Shown here one piece after another: positions 12,141 through 23,174 of a stretch of 64,000 nt of DNA; positions within the stretch are counted from its first letter, which is position 1, and every line of letters starts with the position of its first letter. Under the pieces are notes generated by a model, which saw nothing but the letters and a program-made list of their open reading frames with translations, was not told where the DNA came from and did not search any database. The DNA comes from Rebecca billardiae RCC1528 (lineage: Eukaryota > Protista > Haptophyta), in NCBI GenBank assembly GCA_965240325.2, contig OZ251222.1, positions 1,674,001 to 1,738,000 of the forward strand. The letters run 5' to 3'. A program made the position numbers and the translations under genes.

Positions 12141-14166
12141 CTACTGGCGCTGCGACGCCAGCAGCCAGCTGTGCACGGCTGTGCCGTCGACGCGCGAGGC
12201 GCACACGGCCACCAGCGCGCCGAGCACGCCTGCGACCAGCAGCACCATGGCAACAGCCGCCAGCGGCGTGTCACCGTACCGCGCGCCGACCGTGTGCAGC
12301 GCTTTGCTCAGCGCCGCACGCACGCTCGCCGGTGCGCTCGCGGCGGGCGCGTCCGCGGCGGCCGAGGCTGAGCTCTGCGCCGACGTGAACTCCGAGCCGG
12401 CCGCCCANNNNNNNNNNNNNNNNNNNNNNNNNNNNNNNNNNNNNNNNNNNNNNNNNNNNNNNNNNNNNNNNNNNNNNNNNNNNNNNNNNNNNNNNNNNNN
12501 NNNNNNNCCAGGCCTGCCCGCGCTTGAGCGAGGAGGCGATCCGGCGCGGATCGGCGCGCGACTCGGGCATCGGCCGCGGCTCGAGCTCGCGCGAGCGCTG
12601 CACCCACGCGCAGTACTCCTCATAGGAGATGGCGCCGTCGCCGTCGAGGTCGGCCTCGTCCACCGCCGCCTGCGCGGACGCGATCAGCTCGCTTGTCTCG
12701 GACGAGCCCATGCGCAGCAGGCTGGCCGCGAGGGACTCGGCCGTGATGCGCCGCGTGCTCGCGTCGCGCTCAGAGCGCTCGACCTCCGTGCCGCTGCTGC
12801 GGTGCCGCACGTAGCGCTCGGCCATGCTGATTTCGGCCGACGCCGACGGCTGCGACCGCTCGGGCGCGCCGGCGGGAGCGGCGGCGGGCGCATCCGCGGG
12901 GGCTCCGGCGGTCGCGAGGAAGTCAAAGGTGGCGGGCAGGTCGGCGCCGGCGAGCTTGTTGCGGTCGGTGCACGCGGCTGCAAACTCGGCGCGCGAGAGC
13001 CGCCGGTCTGAGTTGAGGTCGAACTTCTCAAACTGCGCGCGCAGCTCGGGCACGGTCACCTCGAGCGAGGCGACTCCCTGCAGGTACTCGTCGAGCGTGA
13101 CGTACCCGTCGCCGTTCACGTCGAGCAGGTCGAACTGCTCGAGGAGCACGCCGAGGTCCTCGCCGCGCAGCCGCGCGGCGACGAGGTTTGAGATCGCCGT
13201 GTCGAGCAGGTTGCGCCGGTGCGCCGCGCGCAGCGCCGTGCGCACCTCGTCGTCAAGCAGCCCGGCGCTGCGCGGCCCGCGGCCCTGCACCCACGGGTGC
13301 GCGAGCGCCTGCGCGGCCGTGCGCAGCCGCGGCGCGTGTGCGCGCGCGCGCGCGCGCGCGAAGAGGTCGAGGGCGTCATCGCGCAGGAGGCGCTGAATGA
13401 AGTCCTTCGCGTCGTCCGAGACAGTCCGCCACGCGCGCCCGCTCATCGCCAGCGGCCGGTGCAGCACGTCGTGCGCGACCTCGTCGACGGTCGCGCCGTT
13501 GAACGGGTACTCGCCCGACAGGAGCAGGAACGCCGTGACGCCGAGCGCCCAGAGGTCGACCTCGGCGCCGTACGGCATCTCGCGGATCACCGAGGGAGCC
13601 ATGAAGCGGATCGTACCGGCAAACTGCGCCACCTTGCCGCCCGTGCGCTGCAGGTCCACCGCCATCCCAAAGTCGATCAGCTTGAGCGGCGCGTCCGGAC
13701 GCGAGTCGACGTACATCAGGTTCTGCGGCTTCACGTCGCGGTGCGCGATGCCCAGCCCGTGCAGCGCGTCGAGGACGCCGAGCACGTCGGCGACGGCGCA
13801 CGCCGCGTGGCGCTCGGTGAAGCGCTCGTGCTTCGACAGGCGGTACAGCAGGTGCCCGCCCATGCACGCCTCGAGGCAGATGAAGACAAACGACGGGTCC
13901 TCCACGACGTCGAAGATCTTCGCGACATTCGCCGAGCTCGCAGCGCCCGCGCGACGCTGGAGCTCGATCTCGTTCTCGAGCTCGAGCCGGCGCACATCGC
14001 CCTTGTAGATGGACTTCACCGCGCGGAACGAGCGCGTCGGGACGTGGTCGGCGAGGAAGACCGTGCCAAAGCCGCCCTGGCCGATGACCGAGCGCACGCG
14101 GTAGCCGCACGGCTCGAGCGGCGTGAACTTGGACGGGCTGTGCAGGCGCCGGGCCCCACGCGCCAT
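12141..14166 (-). CDS. Calcium-dependent protein kinase (CDPK-like): kinase plus EF hands; C-terminus crosses an assembly gap
   Basis: GQGGFGTV, AVK, HRDVKPQN, DFG; EF hands DVNGDGYVTLDEY, DLNSDRRLSRAEF, DLDGDGAISYEEY. The end at 12141 assumes the ORF beyond the gap belongs to this gene. Confidence 0.85.
12408..12507. other. Assembly gap (100 N)
   Basis: Run of n. Confidence 1.
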
Positions 14167-15481
14167 CCCCGCACCCGAGCACAATAATGGCCTGCTTATT
14201 CTCAGACTTGCTGGTGAGTCCGGGATCGAATATGCGGCGCCGGACCCAGGCTCCCACCGGTCGGCACCCGTCGCGCCGTTCGCTCTCGCGATCGCGCACG
14301 CGCGCTCGTGTCGAGCCTTGGTCGACAAGCGAGCTGGCCAGTTAGCTGGCGCAGGCGGCCACGAGCCCCTTGCGCATCTCCGTCAAGCCACTCACCGTGG
14401 CGCTGCGTGGGCAGAAGAGTTGACACCGGCGCGAGCTTCGCCTGTCGCACCCGCTGCGCACTGTGCACGCAGCCTGCGTTCTCGGAACGTGCTGACTGAT
14501 CGGTATTGAGCTACGGCACTTCGTCTGAATGCCGGTGCCCAGCGACCAGACATGATGGACTGAGAGGTCAGCATGCCAGCTTGCGCTTGGTACACTCCTA
14601 TGGAACTCAGCTGCAGTACAGCAGGAGTATTGACAGATCACGTGTCTTGTCTTCTGACTTCTGTCTCTATCATATCCTCGCTCTGCTGACGTGCATACAG
14701 TATCAGACAGCAGAATGCCGCAGATGACAAATCATCAGTTGGTACTGTATGGACCGAGGTAGATCTAGAAGCTTGATACGCACTGCTGTCCACAGCATAC
14801 GACTCCTGAGTCAGACTGGCGGTGATCCTGACTCCTGACGGGCGCCGGGGGACGCCCGCCCGCCCGGGCGCCCGGTAATCGAGTCAGCAGTAGTTAGTTA
14901 GTCCCCCGCCAGGCTAGTCTCAGGCCTCAGAGAGTCTCTAGACCTCCGAGTCCAGCGGACGCGGCCCGCTCAGCCATCGACATTGTCAGTGCCTAGATCT
15001 ATATTCGTGGGTCACGTGGTCCCATCGCACAGGTCCCACCTACTTACTAGTAATACTACTTAGTCGTCACAGAGCGCGCGTGCGCCGGGAGGCCCGTGCG
15101 CCGGGCGACAGGCTGCACCGTCTGAATCTGAGGTCGTCTCGTCATCAGCAGATGTTCCTGGACGGCTTTGACAACGAGACTCATCGCCATCGGACTGCGC
15201 AGCGGACGACGACTGCGTGGCACCTGCCCTAACAGTCAGTACATAGCGCGCATCAGTATTGTCATCGGTCATCACGACGACGCCGATATCACGATGGCAC
15301 AAATCATCAGCACGCGTTTCCGCAGTGACGACCCTATCGTAGTCTTGATTGATGATGAAAGTCTCGGGCGGGCGCGATGCACCCTCAGCGGCAGCCCGGC
15401 GCTCAGTCTCACCTGGCTAGCACGAATAACAATCTCATGCGCGCTGGACGGTGTTGCCCACCTGCTCAGCGGCGCACCGGC

Positions 15482-16342
15482 CTAGCCCGTGGCTTCCGCC
15501 ACACCCACGATGGAGACGAAGCGCTTGCCGTCGCGCGTCATTGGGTACTCGGCGTGCACGACCGACGGCGGGATGCCGCCGATCACGTGGGGACAAATCC
15601 AAGCGCCCCACTCCTCGGAGACGGGCGTGTCGCCGACCGGGAGCGCCTGCTCGTCGCGGACGAAGATGCCGGCATCGCGCAGCGCTGTGCGCGTGAAGGC
15701 GACGCAGACCCACTCGCCCTCCACGTCCTGGTAGAAGTGGTTCGCCGTCGTGATCAGCCGGCTGGGCACCCCGGTCGCGTGGGTGTAGAAGCCATCAACC
15801 TCAAACGTGGGCGGGTAGTAGGCCTTCTGGGCCGACTTCGCCGCCTCCCACGCCGCCTTGGTGGTCATGTGGTACAGCACCTCGGGCTTGGTGTCCTCGG
15901 TGCTGCTCGGCGTGCAGGCGAGCGCATCCGCCTTGTGCAGATCCTGCAGCTTCTGCGCAATCTGCCGGCCAGCGTCGTTCTCGTCCTCGCGGATGCAGCG
16001 GTCGGGGCGGAAGGCGGGCAGGCAGACGGGCACGTATTCGGTGTCGACCGGGAAGGTGGGCTTGAAGCGCGTCCCGGGGGGGATGTGCACGGTCCTCCCG
16101 GCCTCCACCTCCACGCTGCCCTTCCCTTCCGGCAGGGCAAGCACAACCTTGCCCGAGCGCACGCAGATCCACTCATCGTAGTGCAGCGTCAGCCACGGCT
16201 CGCTGGTGCCCGCCTTTGCGTTGACGACCGCAATGGAGATCGTGTCCGAGTTGCTCGCCACGTTGCCCGCGAGCTCGTCGATGGTCAGCCCATCCGCGTC
16301 CACGACGCGCGTGCACGTGCCGACGACGCTGACGGCCGACAT
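15482..16342 (-). CDS. Cupin + DUF952 fusion protein (286 aa)
   Basis: Cupin 'EPWLTLHYDEWICVRSGKV..AGRTVHIPPGTRF..YVPVCLPAF'; DUF952-like 'LYHMTTKAAWEAAK..YYPPTFEVDGFYTHAT..PHVIGGI'. Confidence 0.8.
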   Translation of the reverse strand: MSAVSVVGTCTRVVDADGLTIDELAGNVASNSDTISIAVVNAKAGTSEPWLTLHYDEWICVRSGKVVLALPEGKGSVEVEAGRTVHIPPGTRFKPTFPVDTEYVPVCLPAFRPDRCIREDENDAGRQIAQKLQDLHKADALACTPSSTEDTKPEVLYHMTTKAAWEAAKSAQKAYYPPTFEVDGFYTHATGVPSRLITTANHFYQDVEGEWVCVAFTRTALRDAGIFVRDEQALPVGDTPVSEEWGAWICPHVIGGIPPSVVHAEYPMTRDGKRFVSIVGVAEATG

Positions 16343-16399
16343 GATGATGACGAAGATTCGCGCGGTCGCACGCGCGTTCACTTCCGTTGGGGCAAAGGA

Positions 16400-17212
16400 A
16401 TGAAAGTGGGGCGAGGGTACGTCGTGACCACCTCCGCAATGGAGTGTGGCCGCCCCGCCGCTGACCAGGCGATGCGCGGGCCGGCGGGGGAGGGGTCGAC
16501 GCGGGTGCGCGCGGTGGTGGACGAGACGGCGCGACTCGTCCGCGACGTGTGCGCCTGCATCGACCCGGCCCGCAGCTTCACCGTGGATGTGTGGGTCACT
16601 GGCAACGGTGACCTGCGCTTCAAGGTGTTCGTGTCGGGCAACTCCCCTGGGGACGTGGACGGTGCGGCGACCCCACAGGGCGGGGCTGGGCGTCCGAACA
16701 GGAGCCGCGGCCCCGCCCCCAGCGCACCGGCCCGCGGGCCGGTCCCGCCTCGCAAGGGGGGGGCAGCCACGCCAGTCTCTGGTGTGCCTGGTGCTGCGAA
16801 GAGGTCCAAGAGTTGGAAGAAGAAGCACCGCGCGGACGGCTCGCTGAGGCCGGCTGCGGGTACGCGACGGGTCAATCGTGCTGACAAGGCGCGTGCGGGC
16901 CCGACGCCGCAGCTTCCCAACTCTGGCCCCTTCCGCGAGCTTGCGCCTTCGGCATCGTCGGAGCCGTCGTCGCGGCCGTCCCGCATGTCTTCGGACCGCC
17001 AAGAGGCCGGGGGCTGCCATCACCCTCTGGGTGATGGCGCCCCGGCTGCGGCGTCTGGGCATGAGGGCGCGGCGTCGGCGACGACCGACGAGGTCGTGGG
17101 CGCGCTCTTCGCGGGCCCACTCGTCCCGATGGGGCGTGGGACCGCGCCTGGCCCTGTTCACAAGGTGTTTGTGTTCGGGGCAGGCGAAGGCTCTGCGCCA
17201 CAACCGGGGTAG
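16400..17212 (+). CDS. Orphan ORF (~270 aa), possibly derived from a mobile element
   Basis: Open frame with a short folded-looking segment (RSFTVDVWVTGNGDLRFKVFV) then basic low complexity. Codon style differs from neighbouring genes; no family recognised. Confidence 0.3.
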   Translation: MKVGRGYVVTTSAMECGRPAADQAMRGPAGEGSTRVRAVVDETARLVRDVCACIDPARSFTVDVWVTGNGDLRFKVFVSGNSPGDVDGAATPQGGAGRPNRSRGPAPSAPARGPVPPRKGGAATPVSGVPGAAKRSKSWKKKHRADGSLRPAAGTRRVNRADKARAGPTPQLPNSGPFRELAPSASSEPSSRPSRMSSDRQEAGGCHHPLGDGAPAAASGHEGAASATTDEVVGALFAGPLVPMGRGTAPGPVHKVFVFGAGEGSAPQPG

Positions 17213-17753
17213 GTGGGCAGACAGGGGCTGGCGGCAGCCGAGAGGGGCCGCTTTCCCCCGCCCCCGCTGCTTGCGAAGGCGGCGGGGGTGCGCTGCTTGC
17301 CTTCGCGGGCGAGCAGCGCGCAGTTTACGCCGGGCATGTGGACCTGCCCACCCTTCATCTTCCAGTTCTTCCCTTCGGCTGGGGCTCGATCAGTCGACGC
17401 GGCGTCGCTCACAGCGCAGGCAGGTGTTTGGCGTGGCTGCACTCTCGAGGTGGCTGGGATACAACATCCAGGTGCAGCACCCTCCCCGTGTGGTGTCAGA
17501 GCGCGCTCTCGAGCGCGTGCCTCCGAGCGCGGGGCGGCCGCTTGCTGCAATGGCCGCCTCGATGAGGTGCGGCAACGCGCCACTCACCTGCCTGCGCCGG
17601 TCTGTTTTGTGGCGGTGTCTTTGTGCAGTGTTGGATGGCGTTAATCACGCCTTATAACCAAGTGTGCACGTTAAATCATAGTAAACTGTACGGTACGTAC
17701 CAACCATGCAATAAGTATTTGAAACCGCGTTACCGCGCGAGTCCGGCAGCAAG

Positions 17754-20624
17754 ATGGGGGACGCCGACGTCAAAGTTAGCGCCCTCCGCACGACACTCAC
17801 CGAGGCGCTGCACCCTTTCAAGCCCGTCGAGGTGCGCCCGGCGCTTCCGGATGGGTACACTGTGCTCGTCGTGGCGCAGGCTTTCGATGGGCTGGCTCCG
17901 CGCGCCCGCGAGGCCCGCGCGCGCGCAGCCATCGCCGAGCTTGCACCAGCGGTGGGGCACGTTCGCTTCACCTTGCGGGCGCCGGGCGAGGAGGCCTTCG
18001 TCCAGGCGCGCACGACCGAGGCGATGTGCGACGCTCTGGTCGAGCTCCGCGGCGCCACAGCCGACCGAGACCAGCTCCTCGAGCTCGTGCTCACCAAGAA
18101 GCGCGCGTGCGAAACGCGCGCGGAGGCTCTCGGTCTTGCCTCCGAGTGGACAGAGGAGGTGCAGCAGCTGGCGAAGGTGATGCTGGCGTCGCTGAGCGAG
18201 CCGAGGCTCGACGCAGGCACACCGAAGGGGCCGGCGATGACTGCCACCGTCGACGACGAGCTGCTCGCGCTTGTGGCACTTGCGCTGACAGAGGAGCAGC
18301 CGCAGCAGCCGCAGCAGCCGCAGCAGCCGCAGCAGCCGCAGCAGCCGCAGCAGCCGCAGCAGCCGCAGCAGCCGCAGCAGCCGCAGCAGCCGCAGGCGGG
18401 GCCGCAGGCGGGGCCGCAGGGCGCTCAGCTGCCGCGCGAGGCACAGCCCGCGGCGGCGGAGGATGCGCTCGCAGCGTCGGAGGCGCGCGCGCGCGCGCGC
18501 GCTGTGCTCGAGGCGCGCCACAAGCTCTTTGCCGAGTTTGCGCGAGCGCGCGCCGAGGCATCGGCCGCGCGCGCCGACGCGGACGCAGCGCTTGAGCGCA
18601 GCCGGCGCAGCGGCGAGCAGCTCTTCACGCAGGGGCTGCTGCTGCGCGAGGAGGCGGAGGGCTTCCCCGCGCTCCGCGCCGAGCTCGAGGTCGAGGAGCG
18701 CGCCGCGGCGCGGGTCGTCGACGTGCCAACACTCGAGATGGAGATCGCCGCGCTGAGCGCGCGCGCGCGGGGCGCGGCGGCCGCCCTGGAGGAGCAGCAG
18801 GCGCGGCGCGCCGAGCTGCGCGCGCGCAGCCGGCTCCTCCGCCAGGCCGCGCGGCGCTCGGAGGCAGAGCTGGCCATGCACACGCCGCGCGTGCTGCAGG
18901 CAGACGTGCAGCAGGCGATGGTGCGCCGGCTCTCGACCGCGCCGGTCGAGGCGGCGCGCAGGCAGCGCGCGCGGTATCTCGTGTGGCACGGCCCGCCGCC
19001 CGTGCCGAGCCGCGCGCGGCTGAGCGCGCGGCTGGCCGAGCGCCTCGCGGGCGGGCGCGGCCGGCCGGCGCGCGAGCTCGCCGCCGTCTTCACTGCCGGC
19101 CCAATCACGCGGCTGCAGGCGGAGACGCGCGAGCTGCTGATCCCAGCCTCCGCCGAGCGCTTCTTTTCGCCCGGCCCGCTGCAGGTCGAGGAGCTGACGC
19201 CCGCAGCGCTGCGCGGGGAGCAGGGCGAGGGCGACGCGGCCGAGGGCCTCGGCGGCGCGCAGACCGGCGGCCGCGGCGCGGCGGCCGAGGACGACGAGCC
19301 CGGCGGCGCCGCCGCGCCCCTCGGCTCAGTGCACGACGAGCGAGTGGTCGCGCGGCCGGGCGTGCCCATGTTCGTCACGCTGCACGGGCTGGGCGAGCTG
19401 CGGCGGGACGAGATGGTGGCGGTGTTCGTCGAGCGGCCGGTGCGCCCGCGCTCGGCCGCGGGCGCGGCCGTGCGCACCGCGCCCCCGCTGAGCACGGCCG
19501 AGTTCGAGCGGCGGTACGAGCAGCAGATGCGGCAGCACGCCAACGCACTGCGCGACGCTCAGCAGAAGTGGGCGCCCAAGGTCACGTCGAGGCGGATCCC
19601 GTGGAGCGAGCTCGAGCCGCAGCTCCGGCGGCTGTCGGCGGGGAAGGGGCGGCCGATGTCGGCGCGCGCGCACCAGCCCCGCGCCACCCCGCCGCCGCAG
19701 GAGGCGCGCAGGCGGCCAATGTCCGCGCGCGGGCCGAGCGCGCACGCGCGGCCGATGTCGCCGGGCGAGGCTGGCGCGGCTGAGGCGGGCGCCGCGGCCA
19801 AGCTGCCACCGACGGCTGCGCCCTCGGCGAGTGGAGCCGGGGCCGAGCCATCGCGGCCGATGGCGCAGCCGCCGCCAGGCCCTGGCCCAGCGTCCACGGC
19901 TGGCGATGCCTCGCGCTTGGCGGACGCCAGCACGAGCCGACCGCACTCGGCGCAGGCGCAGGCGCAGGCGCAGGCGCAGGCGCAGGCGCCCACTGAGCTG
20001 GGCGCACAGCCGACCCCGCCGCCGCCGCCACAGCAGCGGCAGCAGTGCGCGCCGCCGCTGCCGGCGCATTCGGAGCAGCAGGGGACGCCGCTTGAGCTGG
20101 ACAAGCCACCGCCACCACCACAGCAGGGGGCGCTTCAGGCAGGTGCTGCGCGCGAGAGCGCGCACCAGCCCACGCTGCAGAGGCAGCAGCAGCCGGCGCC
20201 GCCGCCCCCACTGCTGCCGCCGCGGCAGCCGCCGGAGCAGCTGCTCGACAGCACCGCCCTGTCCCCGCGACCTGGGGCCTCTGATCGTCCCGAGACGTTC
20301 GTGCGGCCGGGGGCCCAGGGGGGGACCGCGGCCAGCGCCGCTGGTACGCCGGTGACAGCCCCTCGCCTGCAGCCCAGCGCGGCGCGCGCTAACTCCGGTC
20401 CTGCGGATGCGCCGCTCGCTCCAGCGCGCGCTGATCAGCCCGGGCAGGCACCGGAACCCGCAGCCGGGCCGTCAGCGGCAACGAGCATTGGCCGCGTTGA
20501 GGGCGCGGTGCCAGATCGTGGTCGTGCTGGCCCTGCCCCGCCACCGCTACGCCCTGCGAGTGTGCGCGCAGCGACTCACACGTCGTCGTCGATGAGCGGT
20601 GCAAGCGGCGGCAGTGGGGAGTGA
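17754..20624 (+). CDS. 956-aa protein: N-terminal BolA-like domain, (PQQ)n tract, coiled coil, Pro/Ala-rich tail
   Basis: 'YTVLVVAQAFDGLAPRAREARARAAI..VRFTLRAPGEE' resembles the BolA pattern; long single ORF with strong GC3 bias. Confidence 0.7.
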   Translation: MGDADVKVSALRTTLTEALHPFKPVEVRPALPDGYTVLVVAQAFDGLAPRAREARARAAIAELAPAVGHVRFTLRAPGEEAFVQARTTEAMCDALVELRGATADRDQLLELVLTKKRACETRAEALGLASEWTEEVQQLAKVMLASLSEPRLDAGTPKGPAMTATVDDELLALVALALTEEQPQQPQQPQQPQQPQQPQQPQQPQQPQQPQQPQAGPQAGPQGAQLPREAQPAAAEDALAASEARARARAVLEARHKLFAEFARARAEASAARADADAALERSRRSGEQLFTQGLLLREEAEGFPALRAELEVEERAAARVVDVPTLEMEIAALSARARGAAAALEEQQARRAELRARSRLLRQAARRSEAELAMHTPRVLQADVQQAMVRRLSTAPVEAARRQRARYLVWHGPPPVPSRARLSARLAERLAGGRGRPARELAAVFTAGPITRLQAETRELLIPASAERFFSPGPLQVEELTPAALRGEQGEGDAAEGLGGAQTGGRGAAAEDDEPGGAAAPLGSVHDERVVARPGVPMFVTLHGLGELRRDEMVAVFVERPVRPRSAAGAAVRTAPPLSTAEFERRYEQQMRQHANALRDAQQKWAPKVTSRRIPWSELEPQLRRLSAGKGRPMSARAHQPRATPPPQEARRRPMSARGPSAHARPMSPGEAGAAEAGAAAKLPPTAAPSASGAGAEPSRPMAQPPPGPGPASTAGDASRLADASTSRPHSAQAQAQAQAQAQAPTELGAQPTPPPPPQQRQQCAPPLPAHSEQQGTPLELDKPPPPPQQGALQAGAARESAHQPTLQRQQQPAPPPPLLPPRQPPEQLLDSTALSPRPGASDRPETFVRPGAQGGTAASAAGTPVTAPRLQPSAARANSGPADAPLAPARADQPGQAPEPAAGPSAATSIGRVEGAVPDRGRAGPAPPPLRPASVRAATHTSSSMSGASGGSGE
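18297..18395 (+). repeat. Coding 9-bp tandem repeat (CAGCCGCAG) x11 encoding QPQ
   Basis: Direct read. Confidence 0.95.
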
Positions 20625-21045
20625 CCAGGATGACGGGCTTCCGGCCTCAGCGTCGTCCTGCGTCGCGGCCTGGACCCTGGTCGCCGTCCGTTGACGTTGT
20701 TTCCGCAGGCGTGAGGCGATTCAACTATCCCCTTACCGCAGTCTGCTTCTATACGAAGCAGATTTGGGTGGGCGGCGGCGTGGGCGGGCCGGGCGCGCAG
20801 GTAGATAGACGGCGCGAGTGGGCGCGCGCACGCTTGGGGGCATCTTTGGGACCATACCCATCGATGACCCGAGCCTCGCCGCCACCGCCCTTTCCCTTCT
20901 CCCGTGCCACGGCGTCCAGACTGAGACGGAGTGCCAAACGAGCGTTTTCAGAACATGCCACGTCGAAGCAGATTTGGAATGCCAGCAGTGCTCAAACCGC
21001 TGCTGAGGTGATCTGCAGGCCTGCTGCGGCGTGATGTTGGGAGGG

Positions 21046-21049
<4 letters not shown>

Positions 21050-21115
<66 letters not shown>
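21050..21115. repeat. (TA)n microsatellite
   Basis: Direct read. Confidence 0.95.
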
Positions 21116-21117
<2 letters not shown>

Positions 21118-21727
21118 TCTGAATATCGTAATACATTGGATGACGGTCGTCACCCGTGCGCCGGTCGGTAGGCTGCTACTCAGCGCCCGTAGCCTCGTAG
21201 TCGTACGCTGCACCTCGAGCTCAATCAAGTCTTGCAAGATCCCTCACCGTGGGCTCTCCGAGTGACACTCAGTCAGCACCGGAGGAGGGTGTTACAAGCC
21301 GGCTACTGGCGAGGGGCCTACGCGCGTCGCGCCTGCGATCGACGCCAAGACAGGCGAAGAAGCGATACAACCACTCCCGCCAAGCGCCTGCCTGACTTGC
21401 GCTCGGTGTACACACCGCGTGCGGCGTGCCGCAAGGAAGGAGCGACCTGTGCCTCAGCGAGTGACGAGTGTCCCGCGCGACTGGCTGGTGGGCACTTTTG
21501 ACAGCGTGATCGGTCATGATGATGATGCGAACGCGCGCAGAGTAACGTGCGCAGTATATATATAAGTATATATATATATACTTATATATATATATCGACA
21601 GCGAATCATCGCGCGCGCGGTCGGTCGACAGCCATCGACAGTTCGGCTGCCGCTGGCAGCGGGGCCGTGCTCATTCACTCCGAAGCTCAGCCTAGCAGAG
21701 CACTGCCAAGCCCAAGGCCTGAGCCGC

Positions 21728-23026
21728 TCATGCCTTCCGTAGAGCTGCGAGCTCAGTCTCCAGCTCGTGGATGCGTAGCAACAACGCGGCCTTCTCGCTC
21801 TCCGCGCTCGACGGCATGCTCGCGATGATCGCCGCCGACTGCCCGTCGCTGCCGCCCGGCGACTTGTCAAAGGCATGGCCGAGGTCGTCGATCAAGTCCT
21901 CAACGTCCTCGACGCCGGTCGAGATGCGCACGAGATCGTCGGGCAGCCCGCGCGCGGCGCGCACCTCCGGCGGGATCGAGGCGTGCGACATGAAGCACGG
22001 GAGCGAGATCAGCGAGCTGGTCGAGCCGAAGCTCACGGTGATCTTGAAGAGCTTGGTGTCGTCGACGATGGCCTTGGAGCACTCCACGTCGCCCGTCTCA
22101 AACGAGAGGATCGAGCCAGCGCCGCGCGCCTGCTTCGAGTGCAGCATGTGGCCGGGGTGCGACTCGAGGCCCGGGTAGTGCACGCGCGTGACGAGCGGGT
22201 GCATGCTGAGGAACTCGGCGATGCGCATCGCGTTGCGCTGCTGCTGCTCCAGCCTCAGCGCCATCGTCTTCAGCCCGCGCAGGCACAGCCAGCACTCGAA
22301 TGGCGCGAGCGCGGTGCCCTCAGCGTTCTGTACAAAGTACACGCGGTCGGCAAGCTCGTCGCCCTTGACGGAGAGGATGCCACCGGTCGTGTCCGAGTGG
22401 CCGGCGATGAACTTCGTCGCGGAGGTCATCACGATGTCCACGCCGAGCTCGAGGGGCTTCTGCAGCACGGGCGACATAATGCTGTTGTCGAGCGCGACGA
22501 GCGCGCCCGAGCCATGCGCGGCAGCCACGACGCCCGCGATGTCGGTGATCTGCAGGCGCGGGTTGGTCGGCGTCTCGATGAGCACGAGGTTGGTCTTCCT
22601 CGACGACCCCCCGATCGCCTGCTTCACCTTCTCCAGGTCGCACATGTCCACGTGCTCCACCTCGACGCCAAGATCGGGCGCAATCTTGCCAAACAGCCGG
22701 CTTGTGCCGCCGTAGATGTCGTCGCCAGTGACTATGCGCCCGCCGCTGGGCACGAGGCGGAGCAGCGTCGAGATGGCCGCCATCCCAGACGCGAAGGCGA
22801 AGCTGCGGTCCGCACCGTCGAGGTCGGCCATCTGCTGCTCCAGCACGGTGCGCGTCGGGTTGCCCGAGCGCGTGTAATCGTACTCGCCAAACGATGTGGA
22901 GACGGGCTGGTCGAACGTGGCAGTCTGGAAGATCGGCGTGGACATAGCGCCGTACTTATCCACCCTCGGTGTGTCTGGGTGGCACAGACGCGTCGCGACC
23001 GACCATGTCCGCATGGCTCGCCGCAT
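21728..23026 (-). CDS. metC: Cystathionine beta-lyase (Cys/Met metabolism PLP enzyme); start uncertain (23014, 23026 or 23125)
   Basis: 'STPIFQTATF', 'YDYTRSGNPTR', 'ETPTNP', PLP lysine in 'SATKFIAGHSD', 'TVSFGS..SLPCFMSHASIP'; plant-type CBL signature. Confidence 0.88.
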   Translation of the reverse strand: MRRAMRTWSVATRLCHPDTPRVDKYGAMSTPIFQTATFDQPVSTSFGEYDYTRSGNPTRTVLEQQMADLDGADRSFAFASGMAAISTLLRLVPSGGRIVTGDDIYGGTSRLFGKIAPDLGVEVEHVDMCDLEKVKQAIGGSSRKTNLVLIETPTNPRLQITDIAGVVAAAHGSGALVALDNSIMSPVLQKPLELGVDIVMTSATKFIAGHSDTTGGILSVKGDELADRVYFVQNAEGTALAPFECWLCLRGLKTMALRLEQQQRNAMRIAEFLSMHPLVTRVHYPGLESHPGHMLHSKQARGAGSILSFETGDVECSKAIVDDTKLFKITVSFGSTSSLISLPCFMSHASIPPEVRAARGLPDDLVRISTGVEDVEDLIDDLGHAFDKSPGGSDGQSAAIIASMPSSAESEKAALLLRIHELETELAALRKA

Positions 23027-23174
23027 AACACGCGCCACGGCGTGTGAGATGCGTGGCGGCGATGTGATGAGCAGGCGCGCCCGGACGCCGACCGGCGGCC
23101 GGACCACGTCGGCGGGTTTTCGCATTCGCGGGCTCGCGTGGAGCCGTGGACGGCGGTCGGCGGGGCTCGAGGCC

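Noticed and set aside
20640-21500. Short ORFs around the (TA)n tract
   Set aside because: No motifs or host codon bias; probably decayed intergenic DNA.
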